Positions 20,235 to 30,704 of a stretch of 64,000 nucleotides of DNA are shown piece after piece. Position numbers and translations under genes: made by a program. Numbering within the stretch: position 1 is the stretch's first letter; each line of letters opens with the position of its first letter. Origin of the DNA: Terriglobia bacterium (GTDB lineage: Bacteria; Acidobacteriota; Terriglobia; 20CM-2-55-15). The stretch lies in assembly GCA_963664115.2 (NCBI GenBank), contig CAXWPJ010000002.1:352001-416000 (forward strand), read 5' to 3'. The notes below the pieces were generated by a model. It ran no database searches. It had not been told where the DNA came from and was given only the letters and a program-made list of their open reading frames with translations.

Positions 20235-21638
20235 GTGGGGAAGCATTCGGCGGTCATGTTTGCAGTTTTGTTGTTCGTTGCGGGAAGTGGTGCCGCCGCC
20301 AGCGGCCAAACGCTCGTCCTCGAGGGGGGAACCGTGATCGACGGCACCGGCGGACCTCCGATTCCCGATGCCGTGGTTGTGATCGAAGGTTCCAGAATTC
20401 GGGCAGTCGGGACGAGGGAACAGGTGTCCTATCCAGGCGATGCCCAGGTCATCAACACCGAAGGCCGAACCATACTTCCGGGCCTGGTCGACTCCCACAT
20501 TCACCTTCGGGACCATGTGTTGCCGATGTTCCTGCCCTATGGGGTGACGACTGTAGCGGATACGAATAACTACACGAGCTGGAGCATTGCGTTGCGGGAA
20601 GCTCTAACAGACGGAAGGATCAAGGGTCCCAGACTCTTTGTGTCCGGTATCGCCGCGGGTGGGCCGATGGCCGGAGACGGTGCCACACTGGCTTCACCAA
20701 GCCGGGAATTTGGTGCCTATGCCCGGAACTCGTCCGATGGATCCGTGAGCCCCGGCGTCGCTCTCGAGACCGTAGAGGAAGCCCGGGCCTACGTCGGAAG
20801 TCTCCTCGCAAAGGGCGTGGATATGCTCAAGGTGGATCTCGATGTGACGCTCGAACAATTACGAGCCATCATCGAAGAAGCAAATCGTGCCGGGGTCGTG
20901 GTTGTCGGGCATTCAGAGAACATGGCGACGGCGGCCGAGATCGGGCTCAAATACATGGAACACACCGACACCGTAGGACGGGCCATCCTTGAGAAAATGA
21001 ACGTCGTTCCAGAGCAGGGGTCGAGCCCCGAAAGTTTGATGGACACGCGCCTCTTCGATCCCCTCATCGAGCTGATGGTGCGGCAGGGCGTCTACGCGAA
21101 CCCAACACTATTTGTACGTTGGGGGGCCTCGACGCCTCGAGCGCGGGAATGGGCGGATGCCGCAAGGGAGCTGATCCAGGACCCCGGACTTGCGTTTGTA
21201 CCCGCCACCGTCCGCGAACCCTGGACGCGCCCCCGCGGACGCGCCGACATCCAGGGCTTCACGAAAGTGGCAGAATTTTTGCGACGGTTTGTAGAGGCGG
21301 GCGGCAAGATTGCGGCAGGCACCGATTCAGGGTATATGCCGGGTCTCAGCCTCCACTACGAAATGCAGATGATGGTCGACATCGGCATGTCGCCGATGCA
21401 GGCGATTCAGGGTGCAACCCTGTGGGGTGCGGAATCGATCGGTCAAGAGACGGATCTTGGCAGCCTCGAAGCAGGAAAGTTGGCCGACATTACGGTGGTT
21501 GAAGGCAATCCGCTCGACGACATCTCGGCGACACGAAACGTTAGGATGGTCATCAAAGGCGGAAACATCATGGACACGTCCTACGACCCCGCATTCGTGA
21601 CGCCCATCCCGCGGCCGCGGGATGGAAACATCGACTGA
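20235..21638 (+). CDS. Exported amidohydrolase family protein
   Basis: ILPGLVDSHIH, AGTDSG, GSLEAGKLAD; GTG start after GGAGG. Confidence 0.88.
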   Translation: MGKHSAVMFAVLLFVAGSGAAASGQTLVLEGGTVIDGTGGPPIPDAVVVIEGSRIRAVGTREQVSYPGDAQVINTEGRTILPGLVDSHIHLRDHVLPMFLPYGVTTVADTNNYTSWSIALREALTDGRIKGPRLFVSGIAAGGPMAGDGATLASPSREFGAYARNSSDGSVSPGVALETVEEARAYVGSLLAKGVDMLKVDLDVTLEQLRAIIEEANRAGVVVVGHSENMATAAEIGLKYMEHTDTVGRAILEKMNVVPEQGSSPESLMDTRLFDPLIELMVRQGVYANPTLFVRWGASTPRAREWADAARELIQDPGLAFVPATVREPWTRPRGRADIQGFTKVAEFLRRFVEAGGKIAAGTDSGYMPGLSLHYEMQMMVDIGMSPMQAIQGATLWGAESIGQETDLGSLEAGKLADITVVEGNPLDDISATRNVRMVIKGGNIMDTSYDPAFVTPIPRPRDGNID

Positions 21639-21727
21639 GTCCAGGGTACATTTCCTCCCATTGCTAGCCGATAGCGGCCGCTATAGTGTGCCCTGGTTTG
21701 TGGGCGAAGCTTCCCAGGACGGAAGAC

Positions 21728-22540
21728 TTAGTTGTCGGTCCCGAATATACCCGGATCACGAATTCTGAGGTTGAAGTCGCCCAACTCATTCATCGGCGCA
21801 CAGATCGCTTCCGTAATTCCAGAGAACAATCCTTTCCATCCAAAGTAGTTCACGTCATCTTCTGGCAATCGACTGAAAATCGTCGGCAGCGGGGCCCAGG
21901 GTGCGGTGTAGTTCTTCGGGTCAACGACGACCACCCGACCCTCTATGGTGTCGACGCCGGTCCGCGTATACCGCTCGTATATCTGCGCGTCGAAGCCCAG
22001 TGGATTGCCGTTCACATCGATCCACGTTCTCTCATCGAAACCGGTGGTAACGACGAAGAGCGTGTCTCCCTCCCACTCGGCAACTGAGTGTCCGTACCAG
22101 GCCGGTCCAAGGCTCTCGAGGTTCTCACCCGAGGGCAGTTCCCGCCCGTCCAACCACAGTTCGCGTAGCGTACGCTCCCACTGGAAAAACTGAAGTACCC
22201 GGTCGCCGGTGTGGACAAACTCGAGGGGTTCGTTCTCCTCCCACACCAGCCGCGGAAAACCCTGAGGATTGCACTGATACATCGGATCGTTGCTCTCGGC
22301 CGCGTTTTCGGCCTCGCGGTCCGGGACACGTCCAGCCATCATCGCAATACCCGCCGGCGTCAAGGGAGGATGATCGTTGTCTCGAGGCGTGCGCCCGATC
22401 CAGTAACCGGAGAGATCCCGCGGATCAAAGTCACCCGCCGCAGCTCCCCTCTGTCCCAAAGACACCTCAGGGACTGCGAGGACTCCAATCGAAAGAACAA
22501 ACGCCCAGATTAAGACTGGCACCACCCACCGATTTCGCAT
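21728..22540 (-). CDS. Exported uncharacterised protein, DUF6152-partner family
   Basis: FDPRDLSGYW, NDPMYQCNPQGFPR, GPAWYGHSVAEWEGDTL, GWKGLFSGITEAICAP. Confidence 0.8.
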   Translation of the reverse strand: MRNRWVVPVLIWAFVLSIGVLAVPEVSLGQRGAAAGDFDPRDLSGYWIGRTPRDNDHPPLTPAGIAMMAGRVPDREAENAAESNDPMYQCNPQGFPRLVWEENEPLEFVHTGDRVLQFFQWERTLRELWLDGRELPSGENLESLGPAWYGHSVAEWEGDTLFVVTTGFDERTWIDVNGNPLGFDAQIYERYTRTGVDTIEGRVVVVDPKNYTAPWAPLPTIFSRLPEDDVNYFGWKGLFSGITEAICAPMNELGDFNLRIRDPGIFGTDN

Positions 22541-22704
22541 TTTCGGATCTCCTTAGCTAATCCTGATCGTATTGAAGTCATGAGAATCGACGTTCTCAAG
22601 CGACGCCTTCCGTGTGTCGCTAACGCTCGTAGATTGTTCGATTTCTGACTTATTTGGATGCTAGACCGCGACAGCTTAGCTGTCAACTCGTTTCCCCGCC
22701 GAAA

Positions 22705-23604
22705 CTATGGGGCTCGGACTGCGGCCTTTGACTGTTCCTCCAACTTGTAGTTGAAGAGCTTCTCGTAGTTGTCGATTGCATGATGGTAGCCTTCGGGATC
22801 CACGAAGGGGTTCGGACCCCGCCCGATGGCCGCATGTTTCTCTACCATATTGTAATGATCGTTGTGCGAACCCAGGAACACGTCGGCGTCCAATGACCGG
22901 AGGAGCGCATAGGTGCGCTTGAAATCGTCCGCGATCTCGGGGTAATCCTCGTTGTCTACCAGAACGATACGGCCGTTCGCACCGATGCAACCCATAATGA
23001 CGACATTGTAGGATCTCCCGCCTTCCATCGTTTCCGTGGTCCAGGACGTGCAGCCACGCGTATGACCGGGAGTGAGGCGGGCTACCAGCGTCGTGTCACC
23101 CAGAGTAACCCGATCGAATTCATGCAGTACGCGATCAATCGGATGCGGCTTACCACCCGGACGCAACTGTTCCAGTCCCGGAACGTCAAGGTCCAGTGCC
23201 ATAACCTGGGCACCGGTCAGTTCCTTTACAAGCGCGTCGCCTTCCATATGGTCCGCATGAGCGTGACTGCCAAGGACGATCTTGATGTCGTCAAAATCGA
23301 AACCCAGCTGCGCTATCGAGTCGCGAATCCAGGGCAGGTTGCGTTCGTAGTTGCTGTTGATGAGGATGAGTCCCTCGGGCGTCGTGATCAGAAAGGATGC
23401 GTGTCTGCTCTCACCCACGAAATAAATATTCCCGACTATTTTGTGCGCCGGAAACGGCATGTCGGGGGCGCGTAGCGCACGTGCCTCGGGGCTGTCGCGA
23501 TAGAGCAGAAATTCGAGCGTCAATGGCTCGGTCCCCTGTGCCCCAGAATGCAAAGGACCAGACACGACCAACATTAAAGCCATAACCCATTTGTTTATTC
23601 GCAT
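22705..23604 (-). CDS. Subclass B3 metallo-beta-lactamase-like hydrolase
   Basis: SHAHADH, TPGHTRGCT, FLGSH, NPFVDP. Confidence 0.85.
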   Translation of the reverse strand: MRINKWVMALMLVVSGPLHSGAQGTEPLTLEFLLYRDSPEARALRAPDMPFPAHKIVGNIYFVGESRHASFLITTPEGLILINSNYERNLPWIRDSIAQLGFDFDDIKIVLGSHAHADHMEGDALVKELTGAQVMALDLDVPGLEQLRPGGKPHPIDRVLHEFDRVTLGDTTLVARLTPGHTRGCTSWTTETMEGGRSYNVVIMGCIGANGRIVLVDNEDYPEIADDFKRTYALLRSLDADVFLGSHNDHYNMVEKHAAIGRGPNPFVDPEGYHHAIDNYEKLFNYKLEEQSKAAVRAP

Positions 23605-23803
23605 AGGGCTTCCTCCCATAGAAATCTCATGGTCGAGACTTGTCGGCGATAGTAACGGTATCGGGAATCGAGAACAACAGTTTGTCTCTCACCTCCGAGG
23701 TCAATGGCGACACATCCCCATCCGCCGAACCGTTATTGAGTCTTGACGTCAAACTGTGGGAGTGGGATTGTTTACGGCTGACTCTGTCGGCTGAGGCCTT
23801 ACA

Positions 23804-26038
23804 GTGAAATTTATGATACTCGTCTTTATCTGCTTGTTACTCCTTGCCCTGCCTCACGGTATGAGTGCGCAAGACGGCAACCCGACCGCAGGATCAACGC
23901 CGCCGGATGAGCTCTCCATATACGCGGGGAGACCCCGAGTAAGCGCGCTGCGCCTCGGCGCGGACGAAACCGTAGATATCGACGGCCGTCTCGATGAAGC
24001 CGCATGGGGGCGCGCCATTCCCGCCATGGATTTCACGCAGCAAGATCCGGATCTCGGCCAACCCGCAACTGAACGCACGGAGGTCCGATTCCTGTTGAGC
24101 GGCAACACGCTTTACATGGGAGTCGTCTGTTACGACTCCGACCCCGGTGGCGTGATGGCGAACACGATGCAACGCGATGCGCCGCTGTCCGCCGATGACC
24201 GGTTCATGTGGACATTCGATACGTATCTGGACGCCCGTTCTGCATATTATTTTGAAATGAATCCCAATGGCTCCATGGGAGATGCGCTGATCCTTTCCAC
24301 TAACTCTACCAACGCCAGCGATGCGGGCCGCGCCTGGGACGGCATCTGGAACGGAGAGGTTCAGGTGAGCGAAATCGGATGGACCCTCGAAATCGCAATT
24401 CCGTTCCGAACCCTCAACTTCGATCCGAATGCACCGGCATGGGGTGTGAACTTCCAGCGGACAATCCGGCGGAAAGAGGAAGAAAGTCTCTGGACAGGAT
24501 TTGAACGCAACCAGGGATTGAATCGAGTGTCGAATTCCGGATTGCTGGTAGGAATTTCCAACGTCAGCCAGGGTGTAGGACTCGATGTGCAGCCTTATGT
24601 CACCGGGAGATACATCGATGCTCCCGGACGAAATCGGGCATCCGAGTTCGAGGGAGATGGCGGTGTCGATTTCACTTACGCCATCACACCCGCACTGAGA
24701 GGACAATTCACCATAAACACGGACTTCGCCGAAACCGAGGTCGATCAGCGACGGGTCAACCTGACACGCTTTCCACTGTTTTTTCCGGAGAGGCGTCTGT
24801 TCTTCCTCGAGGGCACGACAGTTTTTGAGTTCTCAAGGGACCCGGGCGCCGTCAGGCCTTTCTTCAGCCGCCAGATCGGACTCGACGTCGACGGCCAGCC
24901 GCAGCGGGTTGAATACGGTGCAAAGCTGACGGGTCAAATCGCAGGCAGAGACATTGGCTTGATCCATGTCCGCACTGCGCGTTCGGGTGACCGTGTCGGC
25001 GAAGACTTTACCGTCTTGCGAGGCAAAACGAACTTCTTCCTGCAGTCCTATGCAGGCCTGATTTACACCCGACGAGCGGAGCGAGACACCGAGGTCTCGG
25101 ACCGCCACACGGTCGGGGCCGATTTCTCCTTGCGCACGTCCAGCTTTCGGGGAAACGAAAACCTCGAGCTGAGCGGTTACTACGTCTGGAACACAAGCAT
25201 CGACACCGAATCCGGAGGCGCGAACTTCGGCTTCCGGCTCGATTATCCGAACGAATTTTGGGACGCACGGGTATCGGTCCGCGAGGTAGGGGAGGGTCAC
25301 AACCCCGCCGTCGGTTTTATTGACCGTCGGTGAGTCAGACACTACCGTCCCGCTGTGGGGTTTATGCCACGGCCCGCCAATAGCCGTTACGTCCGCAATT
25401 TTTTGTTTGACGGGGGCCTGCGCCTGACCACAGATCTCGAAAACCGTACGCTCACACGCACGACCCCAGTCCGGGCGGATGTGTACTTTCAGTCCGGAGA
25501 CAGCATTCGATTCACGCTGACGCCCACGTATGAGTTACTGGAACGAGACTTCGAGATTTCACCGGGGGTGGTGCTTCCCGCTAACGGCGCGTACGACTTC
25601 ACGCGCTACCGCGTGACGCTTTCAACAGCGGATCGGCGTGCATTATCTGTCACCACCCAGTATGAAAACGGAGGTTTTTTCTCGGGAAACCGTCGGAACT
25701 TCGACTTGAATATCGGCATCCGGCCGATTCCGGGTGTCCTCGTCAATGTGAACAACGAGTGGAATCGCATCGAATTGCCGGAAGGTAGTTTCTCGACACG
25801 GGTACTGCGGCTCAACGCGAACACACAGTTCAGCCCTTCGATCTCTCTGGTCAACAACCTGCAGCACGATTCGGTGAGCCATGTTCTTGGCTGGCAGTCC
25901 CGCCTTCGATGGATTTTGCGGCCGGGCAACAATTTCTATTTCGTGTACGCCCACAACTGGCTGGACGAAACGGGGACCGAATGGGTCACTCTCGACCGCA
26001 GCGCCACTACGAAGCTCACCTACACGCACCGATTCTGA
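23804..26038 (+). pseudogene. CBM9-like + DUF5916 protein interrupted by in-frame TGA at 25331-25333
   Basis: Full-length paralogue of 10500-12773; frame continues GFIDRR*VRHYRPAVGF to a YTHRF terminus. Confidence 0.65.
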
Positions 26039-26079
26039 ATCTAGCTTTGGGACAACCCGAAGTGAGGTGCTCGCCTCTC

Positions 26080-26109
26080 TTGACACTCCCGAGCCGGAGG
26101 AGTCAGAAT
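26080..26109 (+). promoter_or_regulatory. Promoter TTGACA-N18-CAGAAT, duplicated upstream of 29703
   Basis: Same hexamers, spacing and leader as 29615-29644. Confidence 0.55.
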
Positions 26110-26166
26110 GCTCCCCAACCGGACTGTGATTTCTGAAACAAACCGGAACAATCGACGGAGGTCTCC

Positions 26167-27081
26167 ATGAGTAAGTGCATCTGGGCGATAGTGGTTATCT
26201 TTACCCTGGCCGCGGGTGTCTCTGCCCAGACCACGAACCCCAATTACGAGGTCACGCCCTTTGGTGATCCTCCCTACGCAGACGCAACCGGGCGAGACAG
26301 AGACACGATATCGGTCGCCGCTGATGGTAAGGGATCCATACTCGTCTTGCGGCGCTCCCAACCGCCCGTGCTTGTTTTCAACCGCGCGGGAGAACTCCAG
26401 AAGGCCTGGGGGACGGACTTGTTCACCGACACGCACAACATCGATGTCGACCGTGATGGATTCGTCTGGATCGGCGACCGCAACGGTCAGATGGTCTACA
26501 AATTCACGATGGACGGCGAACAGCTTCTGGCACTTGGAACGAAGGGCGTCAGAGGCGACAACAGCTCGAGGGTCGCCTTCAACCGTCCCAGTGACGTCGC
26601 CATCGCCGCAAACGGCGATATCTTCGTGGCGGACGGCTACGACAATAACCGCGTCGTGCACTTCTCGAAAGATGGCGCGTTCATCAAGATCATCGGCGGC
26701 ACGCCCGGAAGCGCACCCGGAGAATTCGAAGAAGTTCATGGTGTCCAGATTGACTCGCGCGGCCGACTGATTGTCATGGACGGTCATTCCGACCACCCCC
26801 GCCTTCAGGTCTGGGCCCAGAACGGCACGTTCATCGAAGAGTGGGCCGATCTCGGACTCACGATGGGCTCGGGACTTGTGATGGGTGACAACGACACGTT
26901 CTACATCGGGGACACCGATGCTCAGACGATCAAGGTCGTGAAAGACGGTCGCGTGATTGATGTGATCGCAGGACTCGAAGCCCGACCGCACAACATTGCG
27001 CTAGATGCAGGAACGGGCGACTTGTACCTGGCCGATACCATGACACCCGGAGGCATGGTCAGAAAAGTTTCTAAGAAGTAG
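26167..27081 (+). CDS. Exported NHL-repeat PAL-like protein
   Basis: THNIDVD, FNRPSDVA, ADGYDNNR, VHGV, RPHNI. Confidence 0.85.
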   Translation: MSKCIWAIVVIFTLAAGVSAQTTNPNYEVTPFGDPPYADATGRDRDTISVAADGKGSILVLRRSQPPVLVFNRAGELQKAWGTDLFTDTHNIDVDRDGFVWIGDRNGQMVYKFTMDGEQLLALGTKGVRGDNSSRVAFNRPSDVAIAANGDIFVADGYDNNRVVHFSKDGAFIKIIGGTPGSAPGEFEEVHGVQIDSRGRLIVMDGHSDHPRLQVWAQNGTFIEEWADLGLTMGSGLVMGDNDTFYIGDTDAQTIKVVKDGRVIDVIAGLEARPHNIALDAGTGDLYLADTMTPGGMVRKVSKK

Positions 27082-27173
27082 CCGATGGATCCCCGGGAAG
27101 CGTCGATCTCATCAGCCGCGCTGATCTAGACCGATCTGAAAGGTGGACCAAGAAAAATAGGTAGGGAAGATTC

Positions 27174-28208
27174 ATGAAACCTTATTTAACGCCTCTGTTC
27201 TGCGGTGCCCTGCTGCTGTCTGGTCCCGGCACGACTACGGCAAAAGCACAAATGGCTGACCGGACAGTCGAGGAACGCATTGCGATCGCCCGGGCCGCTG
27301 CCTATAGACCCGGACACGATCTTATCGACGTTTTCGAAACGCTTTGCAGGGACGCGATGTCGGAGGCCGGCCCCCAGCCACGGGGCCTTCAGATCGCCCC
27401 GTCATTAGCTGAACGAGAGGTTCCGCCAAGATCCGAGTGGTATGCCGAGCCCGGAAAGGTGTTCGATAACCTCTACTACGTCGGCAGCACAAACGATTCG
27501 ATATGGGCGGTCACGACGTCCGAAGGCATTATCGTCGTCGATACCGGCTACGACTACAGCATTGAGGAACTGACGAACGGGCTCAAGGAATTTGGCCTCG
27601 ATCCGGCCGACATCGAGTATGTCGTCCTCAGTCACGCCCATGGCGACCGCTACTTCGGCGCTAAGTTCCTTCAGGACACGTACGGCTCACGCATTATCAT
27701 GTCCGAGGCCGACTGGGAAACCATGGCGAAGAGCAATGAGCCCCCGGAGCTGAAAGCCGCGAAAGACATGGTCGCGACCGATGGCATGCGGCTAACGCTC
27801 GGCGATATGACGCTGACGCTCTACATCACTCCGGGCCACACTCCCGGCACGATCTCGACGGTGATCCCCGGACTGCGGGACGGAAACCAGCAGCATGTCG
27901 GTGTGGTCTGGGGTGGCATGAATCCGAGTTTCGAGCGATACGGAATCCAGTACTACTCAAGCCTTGCCGAAACCTTTAAGACATGGAGCGATTCCACATG
28001 GCGCTTTAAGGATATTGCCGAGAATGCCGGCGCCGATGTGTATCTGGCTATCCACGCGCACTACGACAGAACCCTGGACAAGCTCCGGGCCTTAAAATAC
28101 CGCCGAGCTGGCGATCCTCATCCCTTCATCAGCAAGGACGCCGTCGATCGCTTTTTCACGATCATGGGCGAATGTACGGATGGGCAACTGGGAAGAGTGA
28201 GCGAGTAG
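27174..28208 (+). CDS. Exported MBL-fold metallo-hydrolase (B3-like, HAHGDR)
   Basis: KVFDNLYYVG, SHAHGDR, TPGHTPG. Confidence 0.85.
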   Translation: MKPYLTPLFCGALLLSGPGTTTAKAQMADRTVEERIAIARAAAYRPGHDLIDVFETLCRDAMSEAGPQPRGLQIAPSLAEREVPPRSEWYAEPGKVFDNLYYVGSTNDSIWAVTTSEGIIVVDTGYDYSIEELTNGLKEFGLDPADIEYVVLSHAHGDRYFGAKFLQDTYGSRIIMSEADWETMAKSNEPPELKAAKDMVATDGMRLTLGDMTLTLYITPGHTPGTISTVIPGLRDGNQQHVGVVWGGMNPSFERYGIQYYSSLAETFKTWSDSTWRFKDIAENAGADVYLAIHAHYDRTLDKLRALKYRRAGDPHPFISKDAVDRFFTIMGECTDGQLGRVSE

Positions 28209-28451
28209 TTCCCTGTCGCCCTTGAATGCAGACACGACGCGGTTGAGGCGTGGGCCGGGCCGCGTCGTTTGCTTTCCTATGACAACGATTTCCCCTTGGC
28301 TCAATCCATCAGACAACCTATGATTACCCGTTGTTGCCGCCGTCGCGGTTCAGGTTTGGCAAGCGTTTGAGGTTCCTTTGCGCCCGAACGCAGCACGCGG
28401 TTACGAACACGGCGTCTAAATCACCTAAATTGAAATCGGAGAACTGAAAGA

Positions 28452-29420
28452 ATGGAAGGCAAGATTGCCCTAGAAGAGCATTTCGCGCTCGAAGAAACGC
28501 TTAAAGACGAGTTGTACAAAGTATGGTTCGCAGCGTGGGATGACATGCGTCGCCGCCTGCTCGAACTTGGCGACCTCCGGCTTGTAGAGATGGACAAGCA
28601 TGGAATCGAGCTGTCGATCATATCGCTGCACAATCCGGCCGTGCAGGGCGTTCCTGAGGCCGACAAAGCGATCGCATTGGCACAGAAAGCCAACGATGTG
28701 CTGGCTGAGGCCATCGCGAAACGGAGTGATCGATTTAAAGGCTTCGCCGCACTGCCGATGCAGGATCCCGACGCCGCCATCGTCGAACTGAACCGATGTG
28801 TGAAGGACCTGGGCTTCATGGGAGCCAACGTAAACGGCTTTTCCGAGGTTGGCGAAGCCGGTGCGGTCGTCTATCTGGATGACAAGCGTTATGAGCCATT
28901 CTGGGCGGAAGTAGAAAAGCTCGATGTCCCCTTCTACCTCCACCCCCGTGACCCCGTGAGCCAGGAAGCGATTTACGAAGGCCATCCCTGGTTTCGCGGT
29001 TCGGCATGGGCGTTTGGAGCCGAAACCTCGCTTCACGCGCTGCGTCTCATGGCGAGCGGTCTGTTTGACCGTTATCCGAAAGTGAACGTTATTCTTGGCC
29101 ATCTGGGCGAAGGCCTGCCCTACATGATCTGGCGTGTAGATCACCGTATTTCCAGAACACCTCGGGGCATTCCTGCTAAAAAGAAGATGGCGGACTATCT
29201 TCGCGAGAATTTCTATCACACGACGAGCGGCAATTTTCGCACCCAGTCGATGGTCGACGCGATGCTGGAGGTTGGATCCGATCGCATTCTGTTCTCCGTC
29301 GACTATCCCTTCGAAGACGCCATCGAGGCTTCGACTTGGTTCGATGACGCCCCCATTTCGGAAACAGACCGCTTGAAGATCGGTCGTACCAATGCCCAGA
29401 AGTTGTTCAAGCTCAGCTAG
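28452..29420 (+). CDS. Amidohydrolase-2 decarboxylase, gamma-resorcylate/2,3-dihydroxybenzoate decarboxylase-like
   Basis: GKIALEEHF, PFYLHP, ILGHLGEGLP, TTSGNF, ILFSVDYPFE. Confidence 0.85.
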   Translation: MEGKIALEEHFALEETLKDELYKVWFAAWDDMRRRLLELGDLRLVEMDKHGIELSIISLHNPAVQGVPEADKAIALAQKANDVLAEAIAKRSDRFKGFAALPMQDPDAAIVELNRCVKDLGFMGANVNGFSEVGEAGAVVYLDDKRYEPFWAEVEKLDVPFYLHPRDPVSQEAIYEGHPWFRGSAWAFGAETSLHALRLMASGLFDRYPKVNVILGHLGEGLPYMIWRVDHRISRTPRGIPAKKKMADYLRENFYHTTSGNFRTQSMVDAMLEVGSDRILFSVDYPFEDAIEASTWFDDAPISETDRLKIGRTNAQKLFKLS

Positions 29421-29614
29421 TAGTCATATTCGGCAAATCTCCGGACTGCCACAACGGCAGTCCGGATCCCCCATTGCCCCACCTTGATAATCTCTTGCGG
29501 TCTCCCACGCGCATCTCACAAGCATGTCTGTTGGGAATGTGGTGGCATTTCGCCCCCCGCCGGGCGATCCATGCGCGCCGGGACGACAAACACTCCCGAG
29601 TCGCGAGCCAGGGT

Positions 29615-29644
29615 TTGACAGGTCCAAGCCAGCCGGGTCAGAAT
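29615..29644 (+). promoter_or_regulatory. Promoter TTGACA-N18-CAGAAT
   Basis: Duplicate of the 26080-26109 architecture. Confidence 0.55.
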
Positions 29645-29702
29645 GCTCCCACATCTTGTGCTCATCCTTCCAACAAACCGGAAGAATAGACGGAGGGTTC
29701 CC

Positions 29703-30629
29703 ATGAAGAAGTGCATCTGGACGATAGTGGCTGTATTGACACTGACTGTGAGTGTTTCCGCACAAATCACCACGAACAGTGATTACACAGTCGAACCCTT
29801 CGGCACGCCGCCTGAAGGCGGTGAATGGGGCGATACGGTGTCGATTGCTGCCGACGGCCGGGGATCCATCATCGTGCTCCGACGTGCACAACCGCCGGTT
29901 CTGATTTTCGACCGCGAAGGAGACCTGCTCGACAGCTGGGGTACCGGTCTCTTCCCTGACATCCACAGTGTTGATGTCGATCATGAAGGCTATGTCTGGA
30001 TCACGGACACGACCGACCATATGGTCTACAAATTCACGATGGACGGGCAGGAGCTTCTGGCCCTGGGAACGAAAGGCGTGACCGGTGACGACAGCTCAAA
30101 GACGGCTTTCAATCGTCCTACCGATGTGGCCGTCGCAAGAAACGGCGATATCTTCGTGACCGATGGCTACGGCAATTCCCGCATCGTGCATTTTACGAAA
30201 GATGGAAGCTTCATCAAGGTTATTGGTGGCATCGAGGGAAGCGGGCCAGGGGAATTCAAGACCCCGCACGCGATTCGAATCGACTCAAGAGGCCGCTTGA
30301 TTGTCCTGGACTGGCAGCGTGAAGCCCGCGATCCCCGCATTCAACTTTTCAGTCAAGATGGAGAGCTCTTAGAGATATGGGCGGGGCTGGGCATCGTCAG
30401 ACCGACCGGGCTCGCGATCACCGGCGACGACACCGTCTACATCGGAGATACCGATGGCCGTACGATCTGGATGTTGCAGGACGGAAAAGTAGTTGAAGAA
30501 ATCGGAGGCCTTCAGGCCCGGCCCCACAACATCGTGTGGGATCTGGGCACCGGCGACCTCTACTTCGCCAACACGCTATTGCCCGGACAGATCAATAAGG
30601 TCACTAAAAAAAGTAGCCCCACACCTTGA
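29703..30629 (+). CDS. Exported NHL-repeat PAL-like protein
   Basis: Close paralogue of 26167; IHSVDVD, TDGYGNSR, TPHAI, RPHNI. Confidence 0.85.
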   Translation: MKKCIWTIVAVLTLTVSVSAQITTNSDYTVEPFGTPPEGGEWGDTVSIAADGRGSIIVLRRAQPPVLIFDREGDLLDSWGTGLFPDIHSVDVDHEGYVWITDTTDHMVYKFTMDGQELLALGTKGVTGDDSSKTAFNRPTDVAVARNGDIFVTDGYGNSRIVHFTKDGSFIKVIGGIEGSGPGEFKTPHAIRIDSRGRLIVLDWQREARDPRIQLFSQDGELLEIWAGLGIVRPTGLAITGDDTVYIGDTDGRTIWMLQDGKVVEEIGGLQARPHNIVWDLGTGDLYFANTLLPGQINKVTKKSSPTP

Positions 30630-30704
30630 TCGGTGCGACGGTCGACGCCCCACACCGTCTTCCATTGTCATCGACACGAAAATGGGGAAATAGGGCTCTG
30701 ACCC

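Noticed and set aside
7654-22598. Fur-like palindromes AGAATCGATTCT (~7655), TGAGAAAATTCTCA (15647), TGAGAA-N6-TTCTCA (22581)
   Set aside because: Half-site spacing is inconsistent, so a single operator cannot be supported.
6481-25333. Genome-wide TGA reassignment (code 4 or 25) explaining the three in-frame TGAs
   Set aside because: Many genes end at TGA at their expected C-terminus (e.g. rnc, 40804-41727, 16952-18400), and long core genes have no internal TGA.
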